Positions 18,517 to 26,714 of a DNA stretch of 64,000 nt are shown in pieces. Every line of letters starts with the position of its first letter. Position 1 is the first letter of the stretch. The position numbers and the translations under genes were made by a program. The DNA is from an uncultured Lachnospiraceae bacterium. Lineage in GTDB: Bacteria; Bacillota; Clostridia; Oscillospirales; CAG-272. The stretch lies in the NCBI GenBank assembly GCA_964521785.1, contig CAZFTE010000005.1, positions 1,364-65,363 of the forward strand, given 5' to 3'. The notes under the pieces were generated by a model. It did not search any database. It worked only from the letters and a program-made list of their open reading frames with translations, and was not told where the DNA came from.

Positions 18517-19968
18517 TTACATCGTGGAAGAAGCTATCTTTCCTATAATATCCGTAACGGGAGAGGCGAAAAGTCCACCCAATACCGCAATAACGGCAAG
18601 AATTATTATCGGAACAAGCATAAGCACGGGTTCTTTCTTTGTTTCTGTTATCTTTACGGCTTCTTCGCCCGGGAAGAAAGCGCGTATGGAAATCGTAAGG
18701 AGGTAGCCTGCCGTGAGAAGCGCTGAAACGAGCAATATTACAGGCACGAGCCAAGAGAGCGTTCCGTTCAGCGAATCGAGCGATGCGGTGGCGAGGTACC
18801 ATTTGCTTACAAAGCCGCCTGTGGGAGGGATACCTATAAGCGAGAGCGAGAGCAACGTAAAGCAAACTAATGTTACAGGCATCTTTTTGCCGATACCGTT
18901 GATATCGCCGACATTTGTTTTACCGTAAAGGAATATGACAGCGCCACAGCAAAGGAACAAGCCTATCTTTACGACAGAGTGGAAGATGACTTGCAAAAGT
19001 GCGCCTTCCATTCCCGCTTCCGAGAAAAGGAAAAGACCGCAAAGCACATATGCTATCTGGCTGACTGTGGAATACGCAAGACGTTTTTTGAATATCTTTT
19101 CACGATAAGCCATCATGGAACCCATGAGTACAGTTATGAGCGCAAGGCAAATGAGCGCCGTCTGCACCCAAGTTCCCGAAAGTACCTTAGCACCGACGGT
19201 AAAGTACGCCGTGCGGATTATCGCAAGAACGCCCGCTTTTGCAATGATAGCGGAAAGAAGCGCACTCGCGGGAGCCGGAGCAACAGGGTGTGCCGAGGGG
19301 AGCCAGCCGTGGAGTGGAAACATGCCCGCTTTTGCGCCGAATCCGATGCACATCGCAAAAACTACGGCGAGTACAAGTCCGTTTGCGCTCTCCATATTTC
19401 CGCCCGCATTAAACGTGAGCGTAGGAGCATATTCGTTCAAAACAAATATGCCGAAGAGCGCCGTGAAAGCGCCCGCAACGGAATAATAGAGATATTTCTT
19501 TGCCGCTGTAATAGACTCTTTGGAGAGCGTGTGGATAACGAGCGGCATGGAAAACAGCGTTACAAATTCATAGAAAATATACATGGAAACAAGACCGGAA
19601 GAAAGAGCCGCACCTATCATCGCTCCTTCGGAAAGGAGCATGAATGAAAAGAAGCGTTCTTCGTTCTTTTCGTGCTTCATGTAAACGCAAGCGTATATCA
19701 TGACCAAGAGCCAACCGATGCAGACAACGGCGCAAAACAATTTTGCCACGCCGTCAGATGAAAAGCCTATCGTTATCGCTTCGGTTATCTTGAAAACGCC
19801 CGTAGTCATCGTTTCGGAGAAAACGATGACAGCGCAGAATATCGTTTCAACGACCTGCATCGCAGTGATGAGCGCGAGCTTTGCTTTTCTGCTGTTTATT
19901 TTTTTGAGCAACGGTATCATAATGCCGCATATGAGCGGAAATACGACCGCAAGAATAAGTATAAACAT
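18517..19968 (-). CDS. mrpD: MrpD/NuoM/N-like antiporter subunit (paralogue 2)
   Basis: 483-aa polytopic ORF with motif GAKAGMFPLHGWLPSAHPVAPAPASALLSA. Confidence 0.8.
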   Translation of the reverse strand: MFILILAVVFPLICGIMIPLLKKINSRKAKLALITAMQVVETIFCAVIVFSETMTTGVFKITEAITIGFSSDGVAKLFCAVVCIGWLLVMIYACVYMKHEKNEERFFSFMLLSEGAMIGAALSSGLVSMYIFYEFVTLFSMPLVIHTLSKESITAAKKYLYYSVAGAFTALFGIFVLNEYAPTLTFNAGGNMESANGLVLAVVFAMCIGFGAKAGMFPLHGWLPSAHPVAPAPASALLSAIIAKAGVLAIIRTAYFTVGAKVLSGTWVQTALICLALITVLMGSMMAYREKIFKKRLAYSTVSQIAYVLCGLFLFSEAGMEGALLQVIFHSVVKIGLFLCCGAVIFLYGKTNVGDINGIGKKMPVTLVCFTLLSLSLIGIPPTGGFVSKWYLATASLDSLNGTLSWLVPVILLVSALLTAGYLLTISIRAFFPGEEAVKITETKKEPVLMLVPIIILAVIAVLGGLFASPVTDIIGKIASSTM

Positions 19969-19981
19969 TTAAACCTCTCTT

Positions 19982-21490
19982 TCAACGTACATTGATGAAA
20001 AGTTCCAATCCCTTTTCAAGCAAGGAGATGATAGGCTGAGAATTTAAGCCTACCGCAACGTTTATTGCCACAAAAACGATCATCGCAAACGCAAAAGGAG
20101 CTATCTTTGCTATCTTCTTTTTTGTTTTTTTGCTTTCTTCGTCGAGCGGCTTGAATATTACCAATACCGTGCGGAGGAAGTACATTACGTTGAGCATCGT
20201 ACTGATGGCAAGCGCAATAAGAACAAAATATGTTTTCGCACCGTTGCCGAAAGAGGCGAGCGCGAAAAGAAGCTTCGGCACGAATCCCAAGAATATCGGA
20301 ATACCTACCATGGAAAGCGAGCCTGCCAAGAATGCGCCGCCCGCAAATACATTTTTATGCGCGGAAGATGTGAGTGCATTGAAGTTCTGCTTGCCGTCTG
20401 CCGTGTCGCAAAGACCTCCGGCAGAAACGAAGAGCATTGACTTTGTAAGAGAGTGCGATGCTATCTGGAAGAGAGACGCAACGACAGCCGCTCTCGTTCC
20501 CAAGCCGAGACCCATATAGATATAACCTATCTGAGCCGCAGATGAAAAAGCGACCATAAAGTTTATGCTCTTTGCGCGGATAGCGGAAACGGAACCGAAT
20601 ATCATGCCGCATATACCGAACACGAACAAAACGTTCTGCACTCCGCTGTCAAGGAACACATCTATTCCGATAACGCGGAAAAGTATCTTGAGGAGCAACA
20701 CTATATAGCCTTTGGATATAACACCCGAAAGTATAGCGGAAGCCGCGGGAGTTGCCGTGCCGTATGTATCGGGCATCCAAAAATGGAACGGGAAAAGACC
20801 GCTCTTTATGGCAAGACCCGAAACTATAAGTCCTATTGCGACCGTAAGCGGGAGAGTATACTGTCCGCTCTTCCAAACAAGACCTATCGCTTCGTAAAGG
20901 CTGGGGAAAAGAAGCTGACCCGTGATTGCATAGAGCAAGATTATACCGATGAGCAGGAAGCCCGAACCGATAAGGCTGAATATCATGTATCTCGTTGCCG
21001 CGATAAGCGAGCGACCGCTCGAACGAGCCATGAGCAACGAGCAGGACGCGATAGTGCATATCTCGACAAATACGTATGCCGTGAATATATCGTTCGTATA
21101 GCAGAGCGAAGCAAGCGCCGCATGGCAAAGGTTTACCATTACATAGAAGAACTTCTGCTTATCCTCGGCAACATCGGAAAATATCCTGTTTCTGCCGCCG
21201 ATGATGGAAAAGAGCATCACCACTTCAAAGAGCAACGCAAAGAAAGGCTCCAAAAGTCCTGCGGATATCTCGTTGCCTATGGGCGCATCGTAATGACCCA
21301 TGCGGTAAACAAAATATCCTACCTCGGAATTAAGGTTATATAATATAACGGAAGCCGACATAACAGCGCCCGCCGTAAGGAGAAAGTACGTTACGAAACG
21401 GGCTTTCTTTCCGTTAAATGCATAGGCAACGACAGAACAGAAAAGAGAAAGAACTATCGTTATAAAAGGGGAATTCTTAATAAAGTCCAT
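19982..21490 (-). CDS. mrpD: MrpD/NuoN-like antiporter subunit (paralogue 1, most divergent)
   Basis: 502-aa polytopic ORF with motif KSGLFPFHFWMPDTYGTATPAASAILSG. GGAGG upstream of the ATG. Confidence 0.75.
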   Translation of the reverse strand: MDFIKNSPFITIVLSLFCSVVAYAFNGKKARFVTYFLLTAGAVMSASVILYNLNSEVGYFVYRMGHYDAPIGNEISAGLLEPFFALLFEVVMLFSIIGGRNRIFSDVAEDKQKFFYVMVNLCHAALASLCYTNDIFTAYVFVEICTIASCSLLMARSSGRSLIAATRYMIFSLIGSGFLLIGIILLYAITGQLLFPSLYEAIGLVWKSGQYTLPLTVAIGLIVSGLAIKSGLFPFHFWMPDTYGTATPAASAILSGVISKGYIVLLLKILFRVIGIDVFLDSGVQNVLFVFGICGMIFGSVSAIRAKSINFMVAFSSAAQIGYIYMGLGLGTRAAVVASLFQIASHSLTKSMLFVSAGGLCDTADGKQNFNALTSSAHKNVFAGGAFLAGSLSMVGIPIFLGFVPKLLFALASFGNGAKTYFVLIALAISTMLNVMYFLRTVLVIFKPLDEESKKTKKKIAKIAPFAFAMIVFVAINVAVGLNSQPIISLLEKGLELFINVR

Positions 21491-21862
21491 TTATTCCTCC
21501 TCGCTACGCAGATGCATATACATTTCATCGAGATTGAGCGTGTGATATTTTTTGTAAAGACGGACGCAGAGCGCGAGCATGAGCGCCGTAACGCTTACGG
21601 ATACGACGATACCCGTAAGAACGAGACCCGAGGGAATGGGATTGATGTAATCCGCAACATTTACCTCGCCTTCGGACGGTACGATCGGCGTAAGAGCGTT
21701 TTTGATATAGCCCATAGACGCAAGGAAAAGATATACGCCCGTATCCATGATGTTAAGACCCATTATCTTTTTGATAAGATTGCGGGAGAAAACGAGCATG
21801 GTAAAGCCTATCGCGAAAAGTATCATCGCAACAAGCTCTTCATAGTTTTGAATGATATTCAA
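21491..21862 (-). CDS. mrpC: MrpC/NuoK-like subunit
   Basis: Small 3-TM protein. The ORF-track start 21913 is TTG with a 55-nt overlap. I prefer TTG 21862, which overlaps the upstream stop as TTGA and has a G-rich SD. The start is uncertain (ATG 21826 is also possible). Confidence 0.7.
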   Translation of the reverse strand: MNIIQNYEELVAMILFAIGFTMLVFSRNLIKKIMGLNIMDTGVYLFLASMGYIKNALTPIVPSEGEVNVADYINPIPSGLVLTGIVVSVSVTALMLALCVRLYKKYHTLNLDEMYMHLRSEEE

Positions 21863-22767
21863 TTCATGCGCCCCCTTTTGAAAAGCATATAGAAGCTGTA
21901 CATCGTGCAACAAACGACAAGACCTACGGCAATATTGAGCGGCATGATAAGTCCGCCCGAAAGTATATCGCCGGGTGTGCCTGCCGAGATAATGGAATGA
22001 ACGCCGTTAAATTCGTTTCCCGTAAAGAATGAATAGCTCTTTGCAAGGCAATAGAAAGAAAGTGAGCAGATGCTTATGATCTTTACTTTCTTTTCGCTGA
22101 GAACCTTGAGCGCCTGTTCTTCGCCGTATACCATCGCGTAAAGGATAAATCCCGCGCCGAGTATAGCTCCGCCGGAGAAGCCGCCGCCGGGAGAAAGATG
22201 ACCGTTTACAAGGATATATACGCCAAAAACAAGTATGAGCGGAATGAGTATCCTTGCCATCGTTTTAACGATGGGGTCGCGAGAATAGTTGAGTATATCG
22301 CCAGATTCGTCCTTCGGCTTTTTCTTTCTGTCCTCCATAAGAATGAGTACGGCGCAAGTTGCCGTGAAAAGAACGAAAGATTCGCCGAGCGTATCGAACG
22401 CACGGTAGTCAAGTATCATACCCGCAACGGTATTGACAGCGCCTGTTTCATCTCTGCCGTTTACGACATAATGACCCGAAACGTCGTTCATCGTCGGAGT
22501 GTCCGTGTCGGCAAATCCGGGAAGCACCGCTACCGTAGCGATAAGAACACTTATAAGTATTATACAGAATATCGTTGAAAATACTCTGTATTCAAAAGCG
22601 GAAATTTTTTTCTCTTTCTTTTCGAGAGAAGTGATTATCTTGTTTTCGTCTTTGTCCGCTTTTTCGGAGCAAACTTTTTTCGCCTTGCTACCCTCGGATG
22701 CTTTTTCTGTAAGATCTATTTCGCCGTCGAGCCAACGGAGAAATCTTGCGGAGAATTTATTCTTCAT
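21859..22767 (-). CDS. mrpB: MrpB/MnhB-domain subunit with a charged N-terminal extension
   Basis: MnhB signature NTVAGMILDYRAFDTLGE. Start moved to ATG 22767 (AAGGAGG 6 nt upstream). About 60 aa of Lys/Glu-rich sequence precede the first TM. Confidence 0.75.
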   Translation of the reverse strand: MKNKFSARFLRWLDGEIDLTEKASEGSKAKKVCSEKADKDENKIITSLEKKEKKISAFEYRVFSTIFCIILISVLIATVAVLPGFADTDTPTMNDVSGHYVVNGRDETGAVNTVAGMILDYRAFDTLGESFVLFTATCAVLILMEDRKKKPKDESGDILNYSRDPIVKTMARILIPLILVFGVYILVNGHLSPGGGFSGGAILGAGFILYAMVYGEEQALKVLSEKKVKIISICSLSFYCLAKSYSFFTGNEFNGVHSIISAGTPGDILSGGLIMPLNIAVGLVVCCTMYSFYMLFKRGRMN

Positions 22768-23071
22768 TTTCTTCCTCCTTTTCGTCTTCGTCGGTTTCTT
22801 CCTTGTCAACTTCGTTATCTTTATCTATAAGGTGAAGTTTGCGGAGCGTAAGGAAGAAAAGTACGCCTGTGATACCCGCGCCGACAGCCGCCTCTGTTAT
22901 AGCAAGGTCGGGCGAACGCAACAAAAGCCAAACAACGGACATAACGATGCTGTATGAGGTGAATATTATTATCATCGTCATCGGCTTTTTCGAAAATGCC
23001 GTCGCAACGGCACAAACAACAAGAGAAATGAGAAGTATCACGCGGAATACGGTAAGCAATGTTTCAAGCAT
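22757..23071 (-). CDS. MbhD/DUF4040-like small subunit (equivalent to the MrpA C-terminal region)
   Basis: 104-aa, 3-TM protein (DLAITEAAVGAGITG) ending in an acidic tail DKEETDEDEKEEENEE. GGAGGG SD. Confidence 0.65.
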   Translation of the reverse strand: MLETLLTVFRVILLISLVVCAVATAFSKKPMTMIIIFTSYSIVMSVVWLLLRSPDLAITEAAVGAGITGVLFFLTLRKLHLIDKDNEVDKEETDEDEKEEENEE

Positions 23072-23405
23072 TTTCCTCGCCCTCCTTCGGAAGCTCGCAG
23101 TGTTCAGCCAAATGCTCGTCCGTCATATATTCAGCTTTTGTGAGCATATGAGATGTCAAGGGGCAAGTACACCACTGAATAAATACTATAAGCGCAAATT
23201 TCGCGGACATTATGTCGAATCCCGCCGCGATAACGCCGCCTATAAAGAAAAGTATCAAAACGATAGTATCGTTCATAGCGGCGCAATGTATGCGGTTGAG
23301 CGCGAAGCGGAAACGATATGTACCGAGTATGGAGATATAGAGCAAAACGAGCGCAGATATAAAGAATATCGCGATGATGCCGAATCTTATCCAATCCAAA
23401 ATCAT
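23064..23405 (-). CDS. mrpG: MrpG/MnhG subunit
   Basis: 113 aa with MnhG-like YRFRFALNRIHCAAMNDT motif. ATGA overlap with mrpF. Confidence 0.75.
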   Translation of the reverse strand: MILDWIRFGIIAIFFISALVLLYISILGTYRFRFALNRIHCAAMNDTIVLILFFIGGVIAAGFDIMSAKFALIVFIQWCTCPLTSHMLTKAEYMTDEHLAEHCELPKEGEENA

Positions 23406-23698
23406 TTTTTATCCCCCTTATTTCCGCCGAAAAGGTTGATATACATCTTGCAAAGTATCATTACGGAAAGGAAGCTCAATACGACGTAGATTATGCCGAC
23501 GTCGGGGAGGTAATTTTCCTTGAACAACAACGCAAGTATGCATATAGCGCAAACGACGATGGTCGTTATCATGTTGATACCGATGAAACGGTCTACCGTT
23601 CTTTTACCCGTTATCGTGCGGATAAGGCAGAGCAGCGCCGCTATACCGAGAAATATAAGTACCACACTGTAAAGGATATTATAAGCTGTTTCCAACAT
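23402..23698 (-). CDS. mrpF: MrpF/MnhF subunit
   Basis: 98 aa, 3 TM, with MnhF-like GKRTVDRFIGINMITT motif. Confidence 0.75.
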   Translation of the reverse strand: MLETAYNILYSVVLIFLGIAALLCLIRTITGKRTVDRFIGINMITTIVVCAICILALLFKENYLPDVGIIYVVLSFLSVMILCKMYINLFGGNKGDKK

Positions 23699-23700
23699 TA

Positions 23701-24174
23701 TTATTTTTCCATCCTTTCCAATATCTTAACGAATCTGCTGTTCTCTATTCCGTCGATGAACGAACGGTCAAGGCAGTGTACCGTATACTCGTCTCCGTTC
23801 TGGTCTATCGTGATAGTACCGGGAGTAAGAGTGATGGAGTTAGCCAAAAGCATACGTGAAAAGCTCTTTTTCAAGGGTATGTTCACTTTTACGACAGCAG
23901 GCGTAACCTTTCTTTCCTTGTTGAGAATGACGATGACGACGGAGTAATTCGCCTTCAACACTTCCCACACAAGAACGGCGCAATAAGCTATCAACAAGAC
24001 AGCATTTCGCCAAAAATAAAGCTCGGCTTTCGGAGAAAAACCAAGAGCTTTGACAGCAAAAATATACACAAGTGCCGCAACGGCTATACCGGAAACAACT
24101 ATTTCCGCCATACCCGCATCAAGCGTAAATCTGCCGTTCAAAAGTATCCACAGCACAAATAATAATATTGCCAT
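23701..24174 (-). CDS. mrpE: MrpE/MnhE subunit
   Basis: MnhE-like sequence (WILLNGRFTLD...). Start moved to ATG 24174 (AAAGGAAG upstream); the ORF-track N-terminal 33 aa run into AT-rich promoter DNA. Confidence 0.7.
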   Translation of the reverse strand: MAILLFVLWILLNGRFTLDAGMAEIVVSGIAVAALVYIFAVKALGFSPKAELYFWRNAVLLIAYCAVLVWEVLKANYSVVIVILNKERKVTPAVVKVNIPLKKSFSRMLLANSITLTPGTITIDQNGDEYTVHCLDRSFIDGIENSRFVKILERMEK

Positions 24175-24294
24175 AAAAACTTCCTTTCGTTTTTGAATAA
24201 AAAGCAAAAATAACGGTATAAAAACAATGCGCTTATGCACGTTATTCACCGAAATTTTACATTTTATTATCATTTTTTTAAATTTGCATACATT

Positions 24295-24323
24295 ATTATA
24301 GCACTTAAAATTTTAAAATTCAA
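24295..24323 (-). promoter_or_regulatory. sigma-A-type promoter of the mrp-like operon
   Basis: On the minus strand: TTGAAT (24323-24318), 17-nt spacer, TATAAT (24300-24295). Confidence 0.55.
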
Positions 24324-24353
24324 TAATTATAAACAATAAAAAATATGATAATC

Positions 24354-24382
24354 TTGACACTGTTTTGGGAAAACTATATAAT
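24354..24382 (+). promoter_or_regulatory. consensus sigma-A promoter of rnfCDGEAB
   Basis: TTGACA (24354-24359), exactly 17-nt spacer, TATAAT (24377-24382). Confidence 0.7.
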
Positions 24383-24430
24383 ATATGAATATAATAATAG
24401 ACTGTTTATGGTTTCAAAAAAATATAAGCT

Positions 24431-24443
24431 GTCTATAATAGAC
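24431..24443. promoter_or_regulatory. candidate operator palindrome in the rnfC 5' UTR
   Basis: GTCTAT-A-ATAGAC, a perfect 6-1-6 palindrome. A further ATAATAGAC copy lies 41 nt upstream (24394-24402). Confidence 0.3.
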
Positions 24444-24474
24444 AAGTAATAAATATACCGAGAGGTGAAAAAAT

Positions 24475-25794
24475 ATGTCCTTTTTCCTTAAAGGCGTTCA
24501 CGTTCCGCACAGGAAGAATACCGCCGATTCGGCTCCCATAAAGATGACCGTTCCTAAGACGGTCATGATTCCAATGTCAATGCATATAGGAAAGCCGTCC
24601 GTCCCTGTCGTAAGTGTGGGAGATCACGTACATGTCGGCACTCTCATTGGCAAGCAGAACGGCGCAGTCTCTTCTCCCATCTATTCGAGCGTTTCGGGAA
24701 CGGTAAAAAAGATAGACAATATCCTGCTTGCAAACGGAATGTATTCAAAAGCCGTCGTCATAGTTTCCGACGGACTGCAAACAAAAGACCCGAGCATATC
24801 CCCTCCCATCATCGCTTGTAAAGAAGACCTTGTTTCGGCAATACAAAAAAGCGGCATCGTCGGGCTTGGCGGCGCGGGATTCCCGACATATATCAAATTC
24901 AATGTCAAAGATGTTTCGGCAATAGACGAGCTTATCATCAACGGAGCGGAGTGCGAACCGTATATCACGAGCGACACGCGCACTATGATAGACAAAGCGG
25001 ACGATATCGCTTTTGCCATATCCCTTATCAAAAAGCATCTCGGTATCAAAAAAGTCATCATCGGCATAGAGACCAATAAAAAAAGAGCCATCATCAAAAT
25101 GAAAGAGATCGCCGAAGATATAGACGGCGCAGAAGTCAAGGTGTTGCCGAGCGTTTATCCTCAGGGCGGCGAAAAAGTGCTTATCTATCACACGACAGGA
25201 AAAGTGGTTCCCGCGGGAAAATTACCGATAGATATCGGCTGCATCGTTTGCAACTGCACAACAATGGCGGCAATAGCAAAATTCGCAAAAACAGGTATGC
25301 CTTTGGTTGAAAAATGCGTAACCGTCGATGGAAGCGCCGTCAAAGAACCGCAAAACGTTATCGTTCCGATAGGCACGTCCATGGCTGATGTTTTTGAATT
25401 TTGCAAAGGATTCGTATCCGAACCGAAAAAGATACTCTACGGCGGACCGATGATGGGAATATCCGTCGCGAGCATAGATATGCCCGTACTCAAAAACACG
25501 AATGCCCTGCTCGCGTTCAATGAAAAAGACGCGCTCAGACCTAAAACGACACAGTGTATCCATTGCGGTATGTGCGTTTCGCACTGCCCTTTCGGGCTTT
25601 CTCCCATCGGAATAGCAAAAGCGTATAAAAGTGGAAACATCGAGGAGCTGAAGAAGCTTCGCGTCGATATCTGTATGGAATGTGGCTGTTGTTCCTATAT
25701 CTGCCCTGCAAAGCGCCCACTTGCGGAAACGAACAAGTTGGCAAAAAATATGCTTCGCGAATATGTCGCAAAGCAAAAGGAGATACAAAAATGA
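24475..25794 (+). CDS. rnfC: Rnf complex subunit C
   Basis: 439 aa with GLGGAGFPT and two ferredoxin-type clusters, CIHCGMCVSHCP and CMECGCCSYICP. Confidence 0.93.
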   Translation: MSFFLKGVHVPHRKNTADSAPIKMTVPKTVMIPMSMHIGKPSVPVVSVGDHVHVGTLIGKQNGAVSSPIYSSVSGTVKKIDNILLANGMYSKAVVIVSDGLQTKDPSISPPIIACKEDLVSAIQKSGIVGLGGAGFPTYIKFNVKDVSAIDELIINGAECEPYITSDTRTMIDKADDIAFAISLIKKHLGIKKVIIGIETNKKRAIIKMKEIAEDIDGAEVKVLPSVYPQGGEKVLIYHTTGKVVPAGKLPIDIGCIVCNCTTMAAIAKFAKTGMPLVEKCVTVDGSAVKEPQNVIVPIGTSMADVFEFCKGFVSEPKKILYGGPMMGISVASIDMPVLKNTNALLAFNEKDALRPKTTQCIHCGMCVSHCPFGLSPIGIAKAYKSGNIEELKKLRVDICMECGCCSYICPAKRPLAETNKLAKNMLREYVAKQKEIQK

Positions 25795-26714
25795 ACGAAC
25801 TTCATATTTCCGCTTCGCCTCATATATACTGTCCGCGCACGACGCAAAGCATAATGCTCGATGTTTTGATAGCGCTTTTACCCGCTTCTGTCGTCGGAAT
25901 ATTGATATTCGGCATAAGAGCGCTCGCTGTCATAGCCGTTTGCGTGTCATTTGCCGTGATATCGGAATTTATTTTCAATAAGATATGCAAAAAAGAAACT
26001 ACGGTGGGCGACCTCAGCGCCGCCGTTACGGGAACATTGCTCGCGCTGAATCTGCCTGCGGATATTCCGCTTTGGCAAGGCGCGATAGGTTCTGTTTTTG
26101 CAATAGTCATAGTCAAATGCCTTTTCGGCGGTATAGGTCAAAACTTTGCAAATCCCGCAATAACGGGGCGCGTATTCATGCTTATCACGTTCGGCTCGAT
26201 GACAACTTCCGCAATGCCGAAGATAGCGGATACCGCGTCAAGCGCCACACCGCTCGTTTCCCTTGCGAACGGCGAAAGCGTAAAGCTCTCAACGCTTCTG
26301 CTCGGAACGCACGGCGGCACCATCGGTGAGACCTGCATAATAGCGATATTGATAGGCGGCATATACCTCATCGTTCGCAAAGTGATATTGCCGCATACAC
26401 CGATAGCTTTTATAGCAACTGTGTTCGTTCTGTCTTTGGCTGTAACAAAAGACTTTTCATCGGCACTTGCGTATATCCTTTCGGGCGGTCTTTTCATCGG
26501 TGCGTTCTTTATGGCAACAGACTACGCCACGACACCGTTGACATCATGGGGCAAGGTGATATTCGGTATAGGCGCAGGTGTCATAACAGTGGTCATAAGA
26601 TTTTGGGGTTCATACCCGGAAGGCGTGTCGTTTGCGATACTCCTCATGAATATCTTGTCGCCTTATATCGATAAATTAACGGCGAAAAAGCCTTTCGGAG
26701 GTGCAAAAACATGA
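25791..26714 (+). CDS. rnfD: Rnf complex subunit D
   Basis: Polytopic NqrB/RnfD family (FFMATDYATTP). Start placed at ATG 25791, which makes an ATGA overlap with the rnfC stop. Confidence 0.92.
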   Translation: MNELHISASPHIYCPRTTQSIMLDVLIALLPASVVGILIFGIRALAVIAVCVSFAVISEFIFNKICKKETTVGDLSAAVTGTLLALNLPADIPLWQGAIGSVFAIVIVKCLFGGIGQNFANPAITGRVFMLITFGSMTTSAMPKIADTASSATPLVSLANGESVKLSTLLLGTHGGTIGETCIIAILIGGIYLIVRKVILPHTPIAFIATVFVLSLAVTKDFSSALAYILSGGLFIGAFFMATDYATTPLTSWGKVIFGIGAGVITVVIRFWGSYPEGVSFAILLMNILSPYIDKLTAKKPFGGAKT

